From NCBI GenBank assembly GCA_965228855.1, contig CBDDIJ010000003.1:1088001-1152000 (forward strand): DNA of 64,000 nt. Direction: 5' to 3'. Position numbers and translations under genes: made by a program. The notes beneath the pieces were generated by a model. It saw only the letters and a list, made by a program, of their open reading frames with translations. It searched no databases and had not been told where the DNA came from. Source of the stretch: Candidatus Obscuribacterales bacterium. Lineage in GTDB: Bacteria; Cyanobacteriota; Vampirovibrionia; Obscuribacterales; Obscuribacteraceae. Positions 19,800 to 30,100 of this stretch are shown one piece after another (positions within the stretch are counted from its first letter, which is position 1; every line of letters begins with the position of its first letter).

Positions 19800-20993
19800 A
19801 TGCTCGTCATCGCCGTTTTCCTTGTTTCTGTAACCGTTCTGGTGGCTTTTGTTCAGAGCCTGGCCTTTGCTCGTCTAGTTCGTTACGTGGAAGCAGAACT
19901 GGCAAGACAGACCGGGCAGCAACTTCCTAAAGCATCTGTAATCTTGCCGTGCAAAGGCTTGGATCCCGCTTTTCGCGAAAACGTGGAGAAGCTGTTGAAT
20001 CAAGATTACCCGGATTTCGAGGTGATTTTTGCCGTAGCTCAAGAATCTGATCCGGCTTACGCGCATCTTGTTGAACTTGCTTCGCAGTCGCCCAAGCCTG
20101 CGAAGGTTATTGTCGCGGGTGTTGCGGCTCAGAGAGCGCAGAAAATCAACAATCAATTGCATGCTCTGGAACAGATTCGAAGCGATTCTGATGTTCTCGT
20201 ATTTGTCGACAGCGATGTAATTGCTCGACCGGATTTTTTGAGTCGGCTTGTTGAGCCGCTCACTGAAGACGGAGTTGGTGTTACAACCGGCTACCGTTTT
20301 TACATTGCCTCCCCGACAAACTGTGCTGCGATTCTGAGATCTCTCTGGAATCGTGTCACAGCTTGGGAAATGGCAAATCCAAAATTTGCCTTTGCCTGGG
20401 GCGGTGCTATGGCGATTCGCAAATCTGTTTTTACCGAGGCTGGAGTTCGGGACGCCTGGGATAAGGCGGCTGACGACGATCTGTCTCTTACCACGAGTGT
20501 CAAAAAACTGGGATTATCAGTACGGTTCGTTCCCCAGTGCCTGGTGGCGAGTGATGGCGATGCGCCTTTTGGAGAAATAATGGAATGGACGAATCGGCAA
20601 CTAATTTTGACGAAGGTTTACTATCCTGAACTTTGGAAGCGGGCAATCGCGCGCGCATCATTCATGCTGGTCTGGCTGGTTCTGATGCTGATTGCAACCG
20701 GGTCTTGGCTTGCTACTCAGGAGCCTGCTGGTTTAATTGCCGTTGCAGCTGGTTTCACGATCGTTCCGGTCGAAGTGTTTTTCCTTCTGAAAGCGCGAAA
20801 GCTTTGGCAGAAAATTCTTCTCGACCATTCGGACCATCTTACTGAATCTTTGCTTGCCTCGTGTATGGCTATACCGCTGGCACACGCAGTCTTGCCGTTT
20901 ATGACGCTTGCATCTTTACTTACAAATCGAATTCAGTGGCGTGGTGTTACATACGAACTGAAGAGCCCTACCGAGACACTGGTGATAGGCTGA
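19800..20993 (+). CDS. Ceramide glucosyltransferase/HpnI-like glycosyltransferase (GT21/GT2)
   Basis: N-terminal TM, PCKG, QDYP, KINN, FVDSD, DDLSL, W..RQ and C-terminal WRG..Y; the ORF track gives an alternative start at 19737. Confidence 0.85.
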   Translation: MLVIAVFLVSVTVLVAFVQSLAFARLVRYVEAELARQTGQQLPKASVILPCKGLDPAFRENVEKLLNQDYPDFEVIFAVAQESDPAYAHLVELASQSPKPAKVIVAGVAAQRAQKINNQLHALEQIRSDSDVLVFVDSDVIARPDFLSRLVEPLTEDGVGVTTGYRFYIASPTNCAAILRSLWNRVTAWEMANPKFAFAWGGAMAIRKSVFTEAGVRDAWDKAADDDLSLTTSVKKLGLSVRFVPQCLVASDGDAPFGEIMEWTNRQLILTKVYYPELWKRAIARASFMLVWLVLMLIATGSWLATQEPAGLIAVAAGFTIVPVEVFFLLKARKLWQKILLDHSDHLTESLLASCMAIPLAHAVLPFMTLASLLTNRIQWRGVTYELKSPTETLVIG

Positions 20994-21003
20994 GTATGTC
21001 TTG

Positions 21004-22467
21004 CTACGCGTCTGCTGTCACCTTTTGAGAGTTCGATTTCAACTCGATTTCCGGGAGGAAAATGTTCAGGACTATGGCGAAAACCAGGCTGCCAGCGTAC
21101 AGCATTAGTGCAATCGGTAACTGCGAGTGTTCATGCCCATTATGTTGAAGCCAGACAAGCAATGCTCCCATCATTCCTGTTCCGATTGTTCCGCCAAGAG
21201 AGCGAAACAAACTGGATAATGAAGTGGCTATGCCCATTGAGCTGTCTTGAACGGCATTTTGAATGATAATCGAGTGGACTGGAAGCATCAGTCCGAGACC
21301 GATTCCGCCGACTACGCCGGAGCAAGGAACTAGCCACATCGGTGCGTCAGGCGATACCGTACACAGTATCAATGTTCCTAGCGTCATTAGCACGAGTGAA
21401 AGGATAATCAGGGCTCGATACTTTCCGGTTTTCGAGATCAGTAGACCGCCGACAATGCTCGCGCTTGCTACAACCAGCATCAGAGGAGCGAGGACGGCTC
21501 CGGACATGGTTGCCGTCAATTTATAAACTTGCTGGAGAACCATCGCCATCAGAAGCATTGAACCAAAAAATCCAATTCCGGTTATGAACACAGTCACAAG
21601 CGAGATGCTCACGATTCGATTCTCAAAAAGCGCCAGCGGTATCAGCGGTTCTTCGGCCGATTTTTCGCGCGCAATAAAAAGCCTGATTGAGGAAATTGAA
21701 ACGATAATTTCCATGGCGCTGTTCATTGTGAACCGACCCTGTGTGCCTATTTCGTTAGACAGGAAAAGTAGCGGCGCCACAGAGAGGATAAACAATCCAA
21801 TGCCCGGCCAGTCAATTTTCGGTTTCGCTTTCTCTCTCTTTGATTCAGGGTAGAGAAGCACGAATATGAGGGACGCTAGCACTCCTACCGGAATGTTTAA
21901 ATAAAAAATCCAGCGCCAATCAAACTTGTCTGTGAGCCAGCCACCAAGTACCGGTCCAATAATGGCGGCGATCATGAAATCTGCCGCCAGCACACCCTGG
22001 AACTTTCCGCGCTCTCGGGATGGCATCAGATCCCCGATTGCCACAAAACATAGCGCCATCATGGCACCACCAGCGATACCTTGCAAACCGCGAAAGAAGA
22101 TAAGTTGATCCATCGCGCCGAATGTCGCGCCTGTCGACCCCGGAAATCCCGGCAGGCTGATGAAGCCGGACACGCCACACAGTGCCGAAGTTGCGGCGAA
22201 CATGAGAGAGGAAAAAGTGAGCATCGGTTTCACTCCGAAAATATCGGCCAACTTTCCGGCCACCGGAGTTGCGAACGTGGCAAACAGCAAGTAAGAAGTG
22301 ATAATCCAGGGGGCGCGATTGACATCATCAAGCACTACCGAAATCTTCGGAATCGCTGTGTTCAAAACGGTCTGGTCGAGTGCCGACATGAAAATGACCA
22401 GCAACAGACCTGACAGTGCGCCACCCGAAATTTTAGAATTTTTCCGTTCTGCGGTGGCTTCTGAAAT
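21004..22467 (-). CDS. DHA2 (EmrB/QacA) MFS efflux transporter; probable non-canonical ATT start at 22467
   Basis: SALDQT..TA.P, W...SYLL, GKLAD.FG.K, RGLQG, GP.LGG and WRWIF..N.P motifs; 16 bp downstream of the GT4 stop. Confidence 0.88.
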   Translation of the reverse strand: MSEATAERKNSKISGGALSGLLLVIFMSALDQTVLNTAIPKISVVLDDVNRAPWIITSYLLFATFATPVAGKLADIFGVKPMLTFSSLMFAATSALCGVSGFISLPGFPGSTGATFGAMDQLIFFRGLQGIAGGAMMALCFVAIGDLMPSRERGKFQGVLAADFMIAAIIGPVLGGWLTDKFDWRWIFYLNIPVGVLASLIFVLLYPESKREKAKPKIDWPGIGLFILSVAPLLFLSNEIGTQGRFTMNSAMEIIVSISSIRLFIAREKSAEEPLIPLALFENRIVSISLVTVFITGIGFFGSMLLMAMVLQQVYKLTATMSGAVLAPLMLVVASASIVGGLLISKTGKYRALIILSLVLMTLGTLILCTVSPDAPMWLVPCSGVVGGIGLGLMLPVHSIIIQNAVQDSSMGIATSLSSLFRSLGGTIGTGMMGALLVWLQHNGHEHSQLPIALMLYAGSLVFAIVLNIFLPEIELKSNSQKVTADA

Positions 22468-22483
22468 TGTTCGTCTCCGGATA

Positions 22484-23818
22484 TTAGCCTACTTGTCTGA
22501 CACCAGGTACGGTGCGAGCTTTTGGGGTCGAAACAGGCTTTATACAGAGCGGCTGGTCGCCTACTGTTCGATAAACCATGTCTGCGAACTTCTCTGATTG
22601 AACCTCTGCGCCGAATCGTGACGTGACGTCGGATTGCAGTTTAGCTATCTTATCTGTCAGTTGTGACGCATTGTTGCGCATCCATTCAAGGCGTTTTGTT
22701 AAGTTTCCTTCCACCGAAAGGTCGGTCATCCAAAATTCATCCTGAATGGAGAAGCGCGCGCCGCCGTGTGGATGCGTTACCACGGGAAGACCGTACATGG
22801 CTGCTTCAATCAGGGCATTGCCGAGATGTTCTTGCAGCGTCGGTAACACGAACACATCGCAAGCTCTCATGACGTCCGGCACTTCCTCGATTGGCACTGT
22901 CAGCCACTTAACGCGCTCGCCCAGCAGTTTCTTTCCTTGCTCTTTCAAGCTCTCTGTGTCAACTTCAGGTGTGCCGCACAGAATCAATTTGACCTTTGGG
23001 TCCTTTATCCGAGCCACTTCTTCCAGCAAGTAGTCGATTCGTTTGTGGTATCTGTTCCACGCCGCGACGCACAAAACAGCGAAATCGGATTCTTCGAGAC
23101 CGAGTGTATCTCGCATGGTAGCCCGATCGATATGTTGGTCCAGTAGAGGAACGCAATTGGTTATCAACTCCATTCGTTCTGTTGAAACGCCTTGTGCAAG
23201 AGCATCTTCAAAGCCTTGTTTTTGAATCTGCTGAATAAAATCGAATTCCTTATATGTATCGGGATTGGGCAAGCCGCCATTCGCGAAAATCATTTTGAAT
23301 TTCAGCCCGAACATAATTCGACTGGTTTTTATCAAATGAGCAAGCGGGTAATCCTTGACCCAGACTACGTCCGGTCGCCACGCTAATAGCTCGAAATTCA
23401 ACGCTGACCAAAAACTTACCTGCTCGACACCGTAGGTCCACTGCCAGCGGTACTCCTCCGGTATGAACTTGAAAAGATTTACCGGACTGGTCCAGATGCT
23501 GTTGCGAGGGAAGTTCCAGAGACGCTTACCTCCCGGGTAATCTCCTCCACAGAACAATCGAACATCCAGGGCTGTGTGCTGTTTGAGAGCTTCAAACCAT
23601 CTGGCTGTTGAAGTCTCGAAACCGCGCGTCGTGTTGCCAAGTCCGCAGCTCACTAGCGCAACTTTGACCGGACGGTCCAGGAGTGGGGCTGTTTCGCTTC
23701 CGGAAGGAATGGCACGTAAATCAGCCGAGGGCGCTAAAGCCCTCGTGGCGTATGCTGATTCAGCTCTTTTAATAGCCGCCTCACGCGCTGATGATTTGAT
23801 GGGACTAGAGTCTGTCAA
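22484..23818 (-). CDS. GT4 glycosyltransferase, divergent from the PKS
   Basis: RGFE N-terminal loop, HKRID and E-x7-E motif EHLGNALIEA. Confidence 0.9.
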   Translation of the reverse strand: MTDSSPIKSSAREAAIKRAESAYATRALAPSADLRAIPSGSETAPLLDRPVKVALVSCGLGNTTRGFETSTARWFEALKQHTALDVRLFCGGDYPGGKRLWNFPRNSIWTSPVNLFKFIPEEYRWQWTYGVEQVSFWSALNFELLAWRPDVVWVKDYPLAHLIKTSRIMFGLKFKMIFANGGLPNPDTYKEFDFIQQIQKQGFEDALAQGVSTERMELITNCVPLLDQHIDRATMRDTLGLEESDFAVLCVAAWNRYHKRIDYLLEEVARIKDPKVKLILCGTPEVDTESLKEQGKKLLGERVKWLTVPIEEVPDVMRACDVFVLPTLQEHLGNALIEAAMYGLPVVTHPHGGARFSIQDEFWMTDLSVEGNLTKRLEWMRNNASQLTDKIAKLQSDVTSRFGAEVQSEKFADMVYRTVGDQPLCIKPVSTPKARTVPGVRQVG

Positions 23819-24170
23819 TCGTTTTCAGTCCTGGTAATGAAGAGTATTATACTCGGGTCTTTAAAGAGTCTTAGCACTCCATTTTGTTCTCGTTGACTTA
23901 CCTTCCGACACATTTGGAGAGGTATTTTAACGAATTAAGTTAATTTTCGTTCAGGTCTGAAAAGGGCGCTCCTGGCAAGCGTTCAAAAGATAAAACCTGG
24001 CTTCTGGCATTAAATGGAAAGAGATCATAGACTTCTCGTATGAACCCTGGTCGCCATTGCGCATGCTACATGCTAAGGCAGCAGGGTCATTGGGGAGAGG
24101 GGAAGACGAATATCGCCATCGATTCGCGAAAGCGAAGGTAGATACGTCGTTTGTTTTGTTGGAGTGATTA

Positions 24171-27100
24171 GTGTCGGCGCTCGGATTTATTGTCGTTTCT
24201 CCAGCCGGTCCAAGAAGGGCGTATGCAAAACCAGCGATAGCTATTGCTGCGGCAAGAGCTGGCGCTGTTGGCGTGCTCGACCTGGAGTTTGTGAAAGAGG
24301 GGCCTGCGCTGGACAAAGCGCTCGAACAGCTGACCCTCAATGTCATACAGAACAGCGATGGCAGCATCGGTGTTCGATGCCGCAGTGGAAAATTGCCGGC
24401 GAGCGTTCTCAACTTAAAAAGCGCGAACGCACCGCTCATGGTGCTGACCGCGGGTATAGGCGCTTTTGAAACCAAGACGCTGGAGCGCGACGTTAAAGAG
24501 ACGAAATCGAAAGGATTTCAGGTTTTCGTTGAAGTCGTGAGCATCGAGGAAGCTTTGCTTGCTCAGAATGCCGGGGCTAACGGAATCATAGCCAAAGGTC
24601 ACGAAGGCGCCGGACGAGTGGGCGACACTACTACGTTCGTTCTGATTCAACAGTGCGCTCGTGCTATCGATCTACCGGTATATGCATGTGGTGGCATCGG
24701 AGCCCATACCGCAGCTGCTGTGGTTGCGGCAGGGGCCGCCGGCGTTGTACTCGATTCGCAAACATATCTCTGCCGAGATTCGGCGATACCTGCTGATGTG
24801 CAATTGCGGTTCGAACGGCTTGACGGATCTGAAACTTCGCTTCTTCGCGATTCGAGTTGCAACGCAATTCGCCTTATGGCGACAAACGGCTCGGCGCGTT
24901 TGCATCGGCTTGAGCAAGCGTTTGCTGAAGGGCGGATTGCCGATGCCGAGGCGATTCTGGAGGATGCGGTCGACGCAACTGACGATGAGATTTTCGTCGT
25001 AGGTCAGGATTCGTGTTTTGCTCGCAACCTCGCTATCTCTGGTGGTACCGTCGCTGGTTGCATCGATTTGATTGATAGAAATGTTGCAGAGCATATTGCA
25101 GTCGCTGCGCGTTCCAATGTTCTCTCGGAGAACTCGGAACTGGCGAAGTCGCATGGCACTAAGTATCCGGTTGTCCAGGGGGCTATGACTCGTGTGTCGG
25201 ACACGAGCGAATTTGCGCTGAACGTCGCTCAAGCCGGCGGTCTTCCGTTTCTAGCTCTGTCTCTTATGAGAGGACCGGAAATAGAGAAACTGCTGAGCGA
25301 AACGAAGAACAAACTTGGCGGTTTGCCCTGGGGAGTCGGCGTTCTGGGATTTGTTCCGCAGCAGTTGCGTCAAGAACAGATGGAAGTCGTGAATCGATTT
25401 ACACCGCCCTTTGCTCTGATAGCGGGCGGAAGACCTGATCAAGCGAAAGCTCTGGACGATGCCGGTACTAAAACTTATTTGCATGTGCCTTCGCCGCTTT
25501 TACTCAAGTCGTTTATTGAAATGGGCTCCACTCGGTTTATCTTCGAGGGTAAGGAGTGTGGAGGTCACGTAGGACCGCGCAGCAGCTTCGTCCTCTGGGA
25601 ATCGATGATTGAGGTATTGCTTGAGTCAATCGGTCCGAAGAGCAATCCTGCTAATATCCACGTTTTGTTTGCCGGCGGAATCCATGACGATTTGTCTGCC
25701 GCCATGGTGGCGACAATGGCGGCACCGCTCACCGCCCGTGGTATCAAAATCGGCGTCCTGGTTGGAACGGCTTATTTGTTTACCGAAGAAGCTGTTACTT
25801 CTGGTGCGATTGTTGATGTTTTCCAACAAGCCGCTGTGAAGTGCGACAAAACCGTTTTGCTTGAGACAGGGCCAGGACACTCGATTCGGTGCATCGACTC
25901 ACCCTATCGGGAAGCGTTCGATCGCAGCCGTGTCGAATTGCAGAAGCAAAACAAAAGTCGCGACGAAATTCGCGAAGAGCTCGAGCTGATGAATCTTGGC
26001 CGCTTGCGCATTGCCAGCAAAGGCGTGACGCGCGGTTCCGGAAACGAGCTTGAAGCCATCCCGGTCGAAACTCAATGGCGCGACGGCATGTACATGATTG
26101 GGCAGATAGCCTCGATGCGCGACAAAGTCGTAACCATGAGCGACCTGCACAGTAATATCTGCACCGATGGTCAGAATAGACTTGCGGAGCTTCAATACAG
26201 ATCGGCGATGCAGGCGCTGTCTGATGAACAACAGTCCGAGGGCATCGCCATCGTCGGTATGTCTTGCATGTTGCCGCAAGGCAACGATGTTGAAACCTAC
26301 TGGCAGAACATCCTCAACAAAGTTGACGCAATTGACGTCATTCCCGAATCGCATTTTAAGTGGCAGAATTTCTACGATAAGGATCCGCTAGCTCGCGATC
26401 GCATTGTGTCGAAGTGGGGCGGATTCATCAGCGATGTTGTTTTTGATCCGACTCCTTACGGAATTCCACCAAGCAGTCTCGACTCAATTGATCCCATGCA
26501 GGTTCTCGTGCTCGAGTCCGCTCGCAGTGCGCTTTATGATGCCGGGTACAGCGACAGAAAATTCCCACGTGAAAAGACCTCTGTCATTCTGGCTAACGCT
26601 GGTCACGGTCCAATAACGGCATTGTATTCACTGCGCTCGATGCTGGGATGGAAACTTGCCGATCTGGCTCCTGAGATTCAAGAAGAGATCAAAGCCAGCG
26701 TGCCGGAGTGGACGGAAGACTCTTTCGCAGGCTACCTGGGCAACGTCACCGCCGGTCGTGTGGCAAACCGACTGGACCTGAAAGGTTTGAACTTCTCCAT
26801 TGATGCGGCATGCGCATCTTCGCTCGCTGCACTTTATGTCAGTATCGCGGATCTGCGCTCAGGTACGAGCGATGTTGTCCTCCTTGGTGCCACAGATACT
26901 CACAACCAACCTGGGGACTACCTCAGTTTCAGCAAAACCCACGCGCTTTCGCCGAAAGGTCGGTGTCAAACGTTTGATGCGGATGCCGATGGTATCGTAA
27001 TCAGCGAAGGCTTTGCGATGATTGTTTTGAAACGGTTGTCTGATGCCGAGCGCGACGGCGATAGAATTTACGCGGTGATAAGAGGCATCGGGGGGTCCAG

Positions 27101-30100
27101 TGATGGTCGCGATTTGAGTTTGACCGCACCTCGTCCAGCCGGTCAGATGCTGGCTCTCGAGCGAGCCTACGCCGATGCAGGCGTCTCGCCCTCCACTGTC
27201 AGCCTGGTCGAAGCACATGGTACGGGCACCGTCGCTGGTGACAAGGCCGAAGTCGAGGCGCTCACGAAGGTCTTCCAAAAGGCTGGTGCTGAGCCGGAAA
27301 GCTGCGCGATCGGCTCTGTAAAAACAAATATTGGTCATACGAAAGCGACCGCCGGTTTAGCGTCGTTAGTCAAAGTTGCCAAAGCACTTCATCACAAAGT
27401 GTTGCCACCCAGCATCAATGTAAAGAAACCAAGTCCGGCATGCAAATTTGGTGAGGGACCATTCTATCTGAGTTCCGAAACTCGTCCCTGGATTCAGCGC
27501 GACCCCGCCACTCCGCGCCGCGCGGGCGTAAGCGCGTTCGGATTCGGCGGCACGAATTTCCACACAGTATTAGAGGAATACGTCGCGCCCTGCAGAGAAG
27601 AAGAGCGTCCGGCTATCGAAGCGTGGCCTTCTGAATTATTCGTCTGGAAAGCGGCGTCTCAAGACGACGTTCTAAAGTCAATCAAAATTACCGAGGCGGC
27701 AGTTGAAAAATTGCTGGCCAGTGAAACGCCCGAAACCACGGCAACGAGCGTGGAGAGCCGGCGCCTATTCGAGCTGGCGAGCAAGCTTCAACTTAAGCTC
27801 AACGACATTCCCGACGCCCATAACGCAGTCGCGATTGTCGCATCCTCTTTGTCAGATTTGAAAGACAAGATTGGCATCGTGAAGGAAAAACTGCAAAACG
27901 CCAATGCCGCAAACTTCAGTATGCCGCTGGGAATCCACTATTCATCAGGCTTGTCATCCGATGCTAAAGTTGCCTTCCTCTTTCCTGGACAAGGCTCTCA
28001 GCGTGTCGAGATGCTCAAGGGTCTGTCGCTCTACTTCCCTGAACTCAGACAGACAATAGAAGAAGCGGATGGCGTTTTGCGACCGAAGTTGCAAGATGCC
28101 CTCTCCAAGTACATTTATCCGTTGCCAACATTGAGCGAGACCGAGCAAGCGGCTCAGCACAATCGCCTTACCGCCACTCAGATCGCACAACCAGCCCTCG
28201 GCGCCTGTGATCTTGCATTATTGCGTTTGCTCAAAACGTTCGGTTTGAAACCTGATATGGTCGCCGGTCACAGTTACGGCGAGTACGTCGCCCTGCATGC
28301 AGCCGGCGTTTTTACCGAAAACGTTCTCTTCAACCTCTCCGCCGATCGGGGTCGCATTGTTGCAGAATGCGCTTCATCCAGACCTGGAGCGATGGCCGCA
28401 GTTTCTTCAGATCAGGAAACAGTTGAGACTGCAATCAAGCAAATAAAAGACGTTTATGTAGCGAACATCAATACGCCTTCCCAGATCATCATATCCGGTT
28501 CGGAAGCAGCGATCGAAACTGCACTGGATAAACTCAAGAAACAAAATGTCTCTGGTAAGCGCATTCCCGTATCTGCAGCGTTTCACAGTCCACTCCTTCA
28601 AGACTCGAAAGAGCCTTTGTTGAAAGCACTCAAACAATATGATTATGCGGCGCCTGTTTTACCTGTTTACTCGAACACGACAGGTAAACCTTATGGCTCC
28701 GCGGGAGCTGAGATTGTCGTGCAACTCAGCGAGCACGCTCTGAAACCAGTGCTGTTCGCGCAGCAGCTTCAGGCGATGTATGAAGATGGAGCCCGTATTT
28801 TTGTTGAGGTAGGTCCGGGCGCAGTTCTCACAGGACTGACCGAAGCTACTCTGGCGGGCAAGGATGTTCTGGCAATTTCAACAGAGCGAGCTAAAAACTC
28901 GCTTGAACACTTCCTGAGTGTAGTTGGATTGCTCACCGTCAGTGGTGCCATCACTGATGTCGGTAAGTTATTCTGGAATCGCATGTCCGGTGTTCACGGC
29001 AGCTCATACGACCTCGCGGTCGCAAAGACTCGGAGTCCGCTGCTGTATAGGGTCAACAGCGTCAAAATTGAACGCGTTGAGAAAAAAGGAAGCACGGTAA
29101 ATAGCAGGGGTACAGGTAAGCAAATGGCTCAGGATGTTCGCAATGGCGACGGCACTGCCAGAAAGGAAATCGCCAAAGACAAGATTGTTCGTGACGAACG
29201 TTCATTACCGTCAAGCGCGCAAAGCGGCTTGAACGGCAACGGAAATGGAAATGGTCATGGCAATGGAAACGGTAAGTCGGTGGCTGTGCCCGTTCAACAG
29301 CCGGTTGCCGCGCAAGTTGCAGGTCAACCTGGTCAAGCGCCTCAACAGCAGCAGTACGCGCCGCCTTTTAACCAACTGGCTCAGCAACCGATGGGTCGCG
29401 GCATGCAACCACCGTCGCCTGTGGGATATCAACCCCAATACGCACAAATTCAGGGGCAGGTTCCGTCGGGACAGAACTATGCTCAGCCAAACCAGCAGCT
29501 CGCTCGGCGTGGTGCAGACCCTCGCAGTTCGAGCGCCGAACGAGTTCTCCTTGAATTCCAGCAAAGCATGATGGATATGACCAACAAGTTTCTCGAGACT
29601 CAGGAGCGCGTCATGCTCGCGTATCTGAGCGGTGGAGCGTCGCAGCAGTATCAGCAACCGGCACAATACGCCAATCAGTACCCGCAGTCCGCTGCAAACG
29701 TGCCGCAAGTCGGCCAGCCGGCGCACCAGCAAGATTTGAGCCAACAGCAGCACTTCCAAGCTCAATATGCGCAGCCGCAGATTCAGTCTTATGATTACGG
29801 TCAATATGGCCAGCAATTGCCACAGCAGCAATTGCTTGAACATCTGCACCAGCAGGCTGCTGCTGCTGCTCAAGAACCTATTGGGCAGAGTGACACTAAA
29901 TCTGGTGCTGACCTGGGGATGCTTCAGGAGTCGCAACCGGTGGTTGGAGGAGTTCAGGAAGTCGTCGCCGAGGCAATAGTAAATTCCGACAGTGCGGACT
30001 CCGGAGCTTCAGGGATGAACGCCGAAGCGCTTATCGACAGCCTCTACGAGATTGTGAGTGAGCGCACAGGTTATCCGAGATCCATGTTAGATCCAACACT

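Noticed and set aside
29232..29275. AACGGC/AATGGA short tandem repeat
   Set aside because: It is a degenerate coding repeat (Gly-Asn), not a phase-variation tract or CRISPR.
29211..29936. 241 aa Leu-rich minus-strand ORF
   Set aside because: It is the antisense of the CAG/CAA-rich PKS linker.
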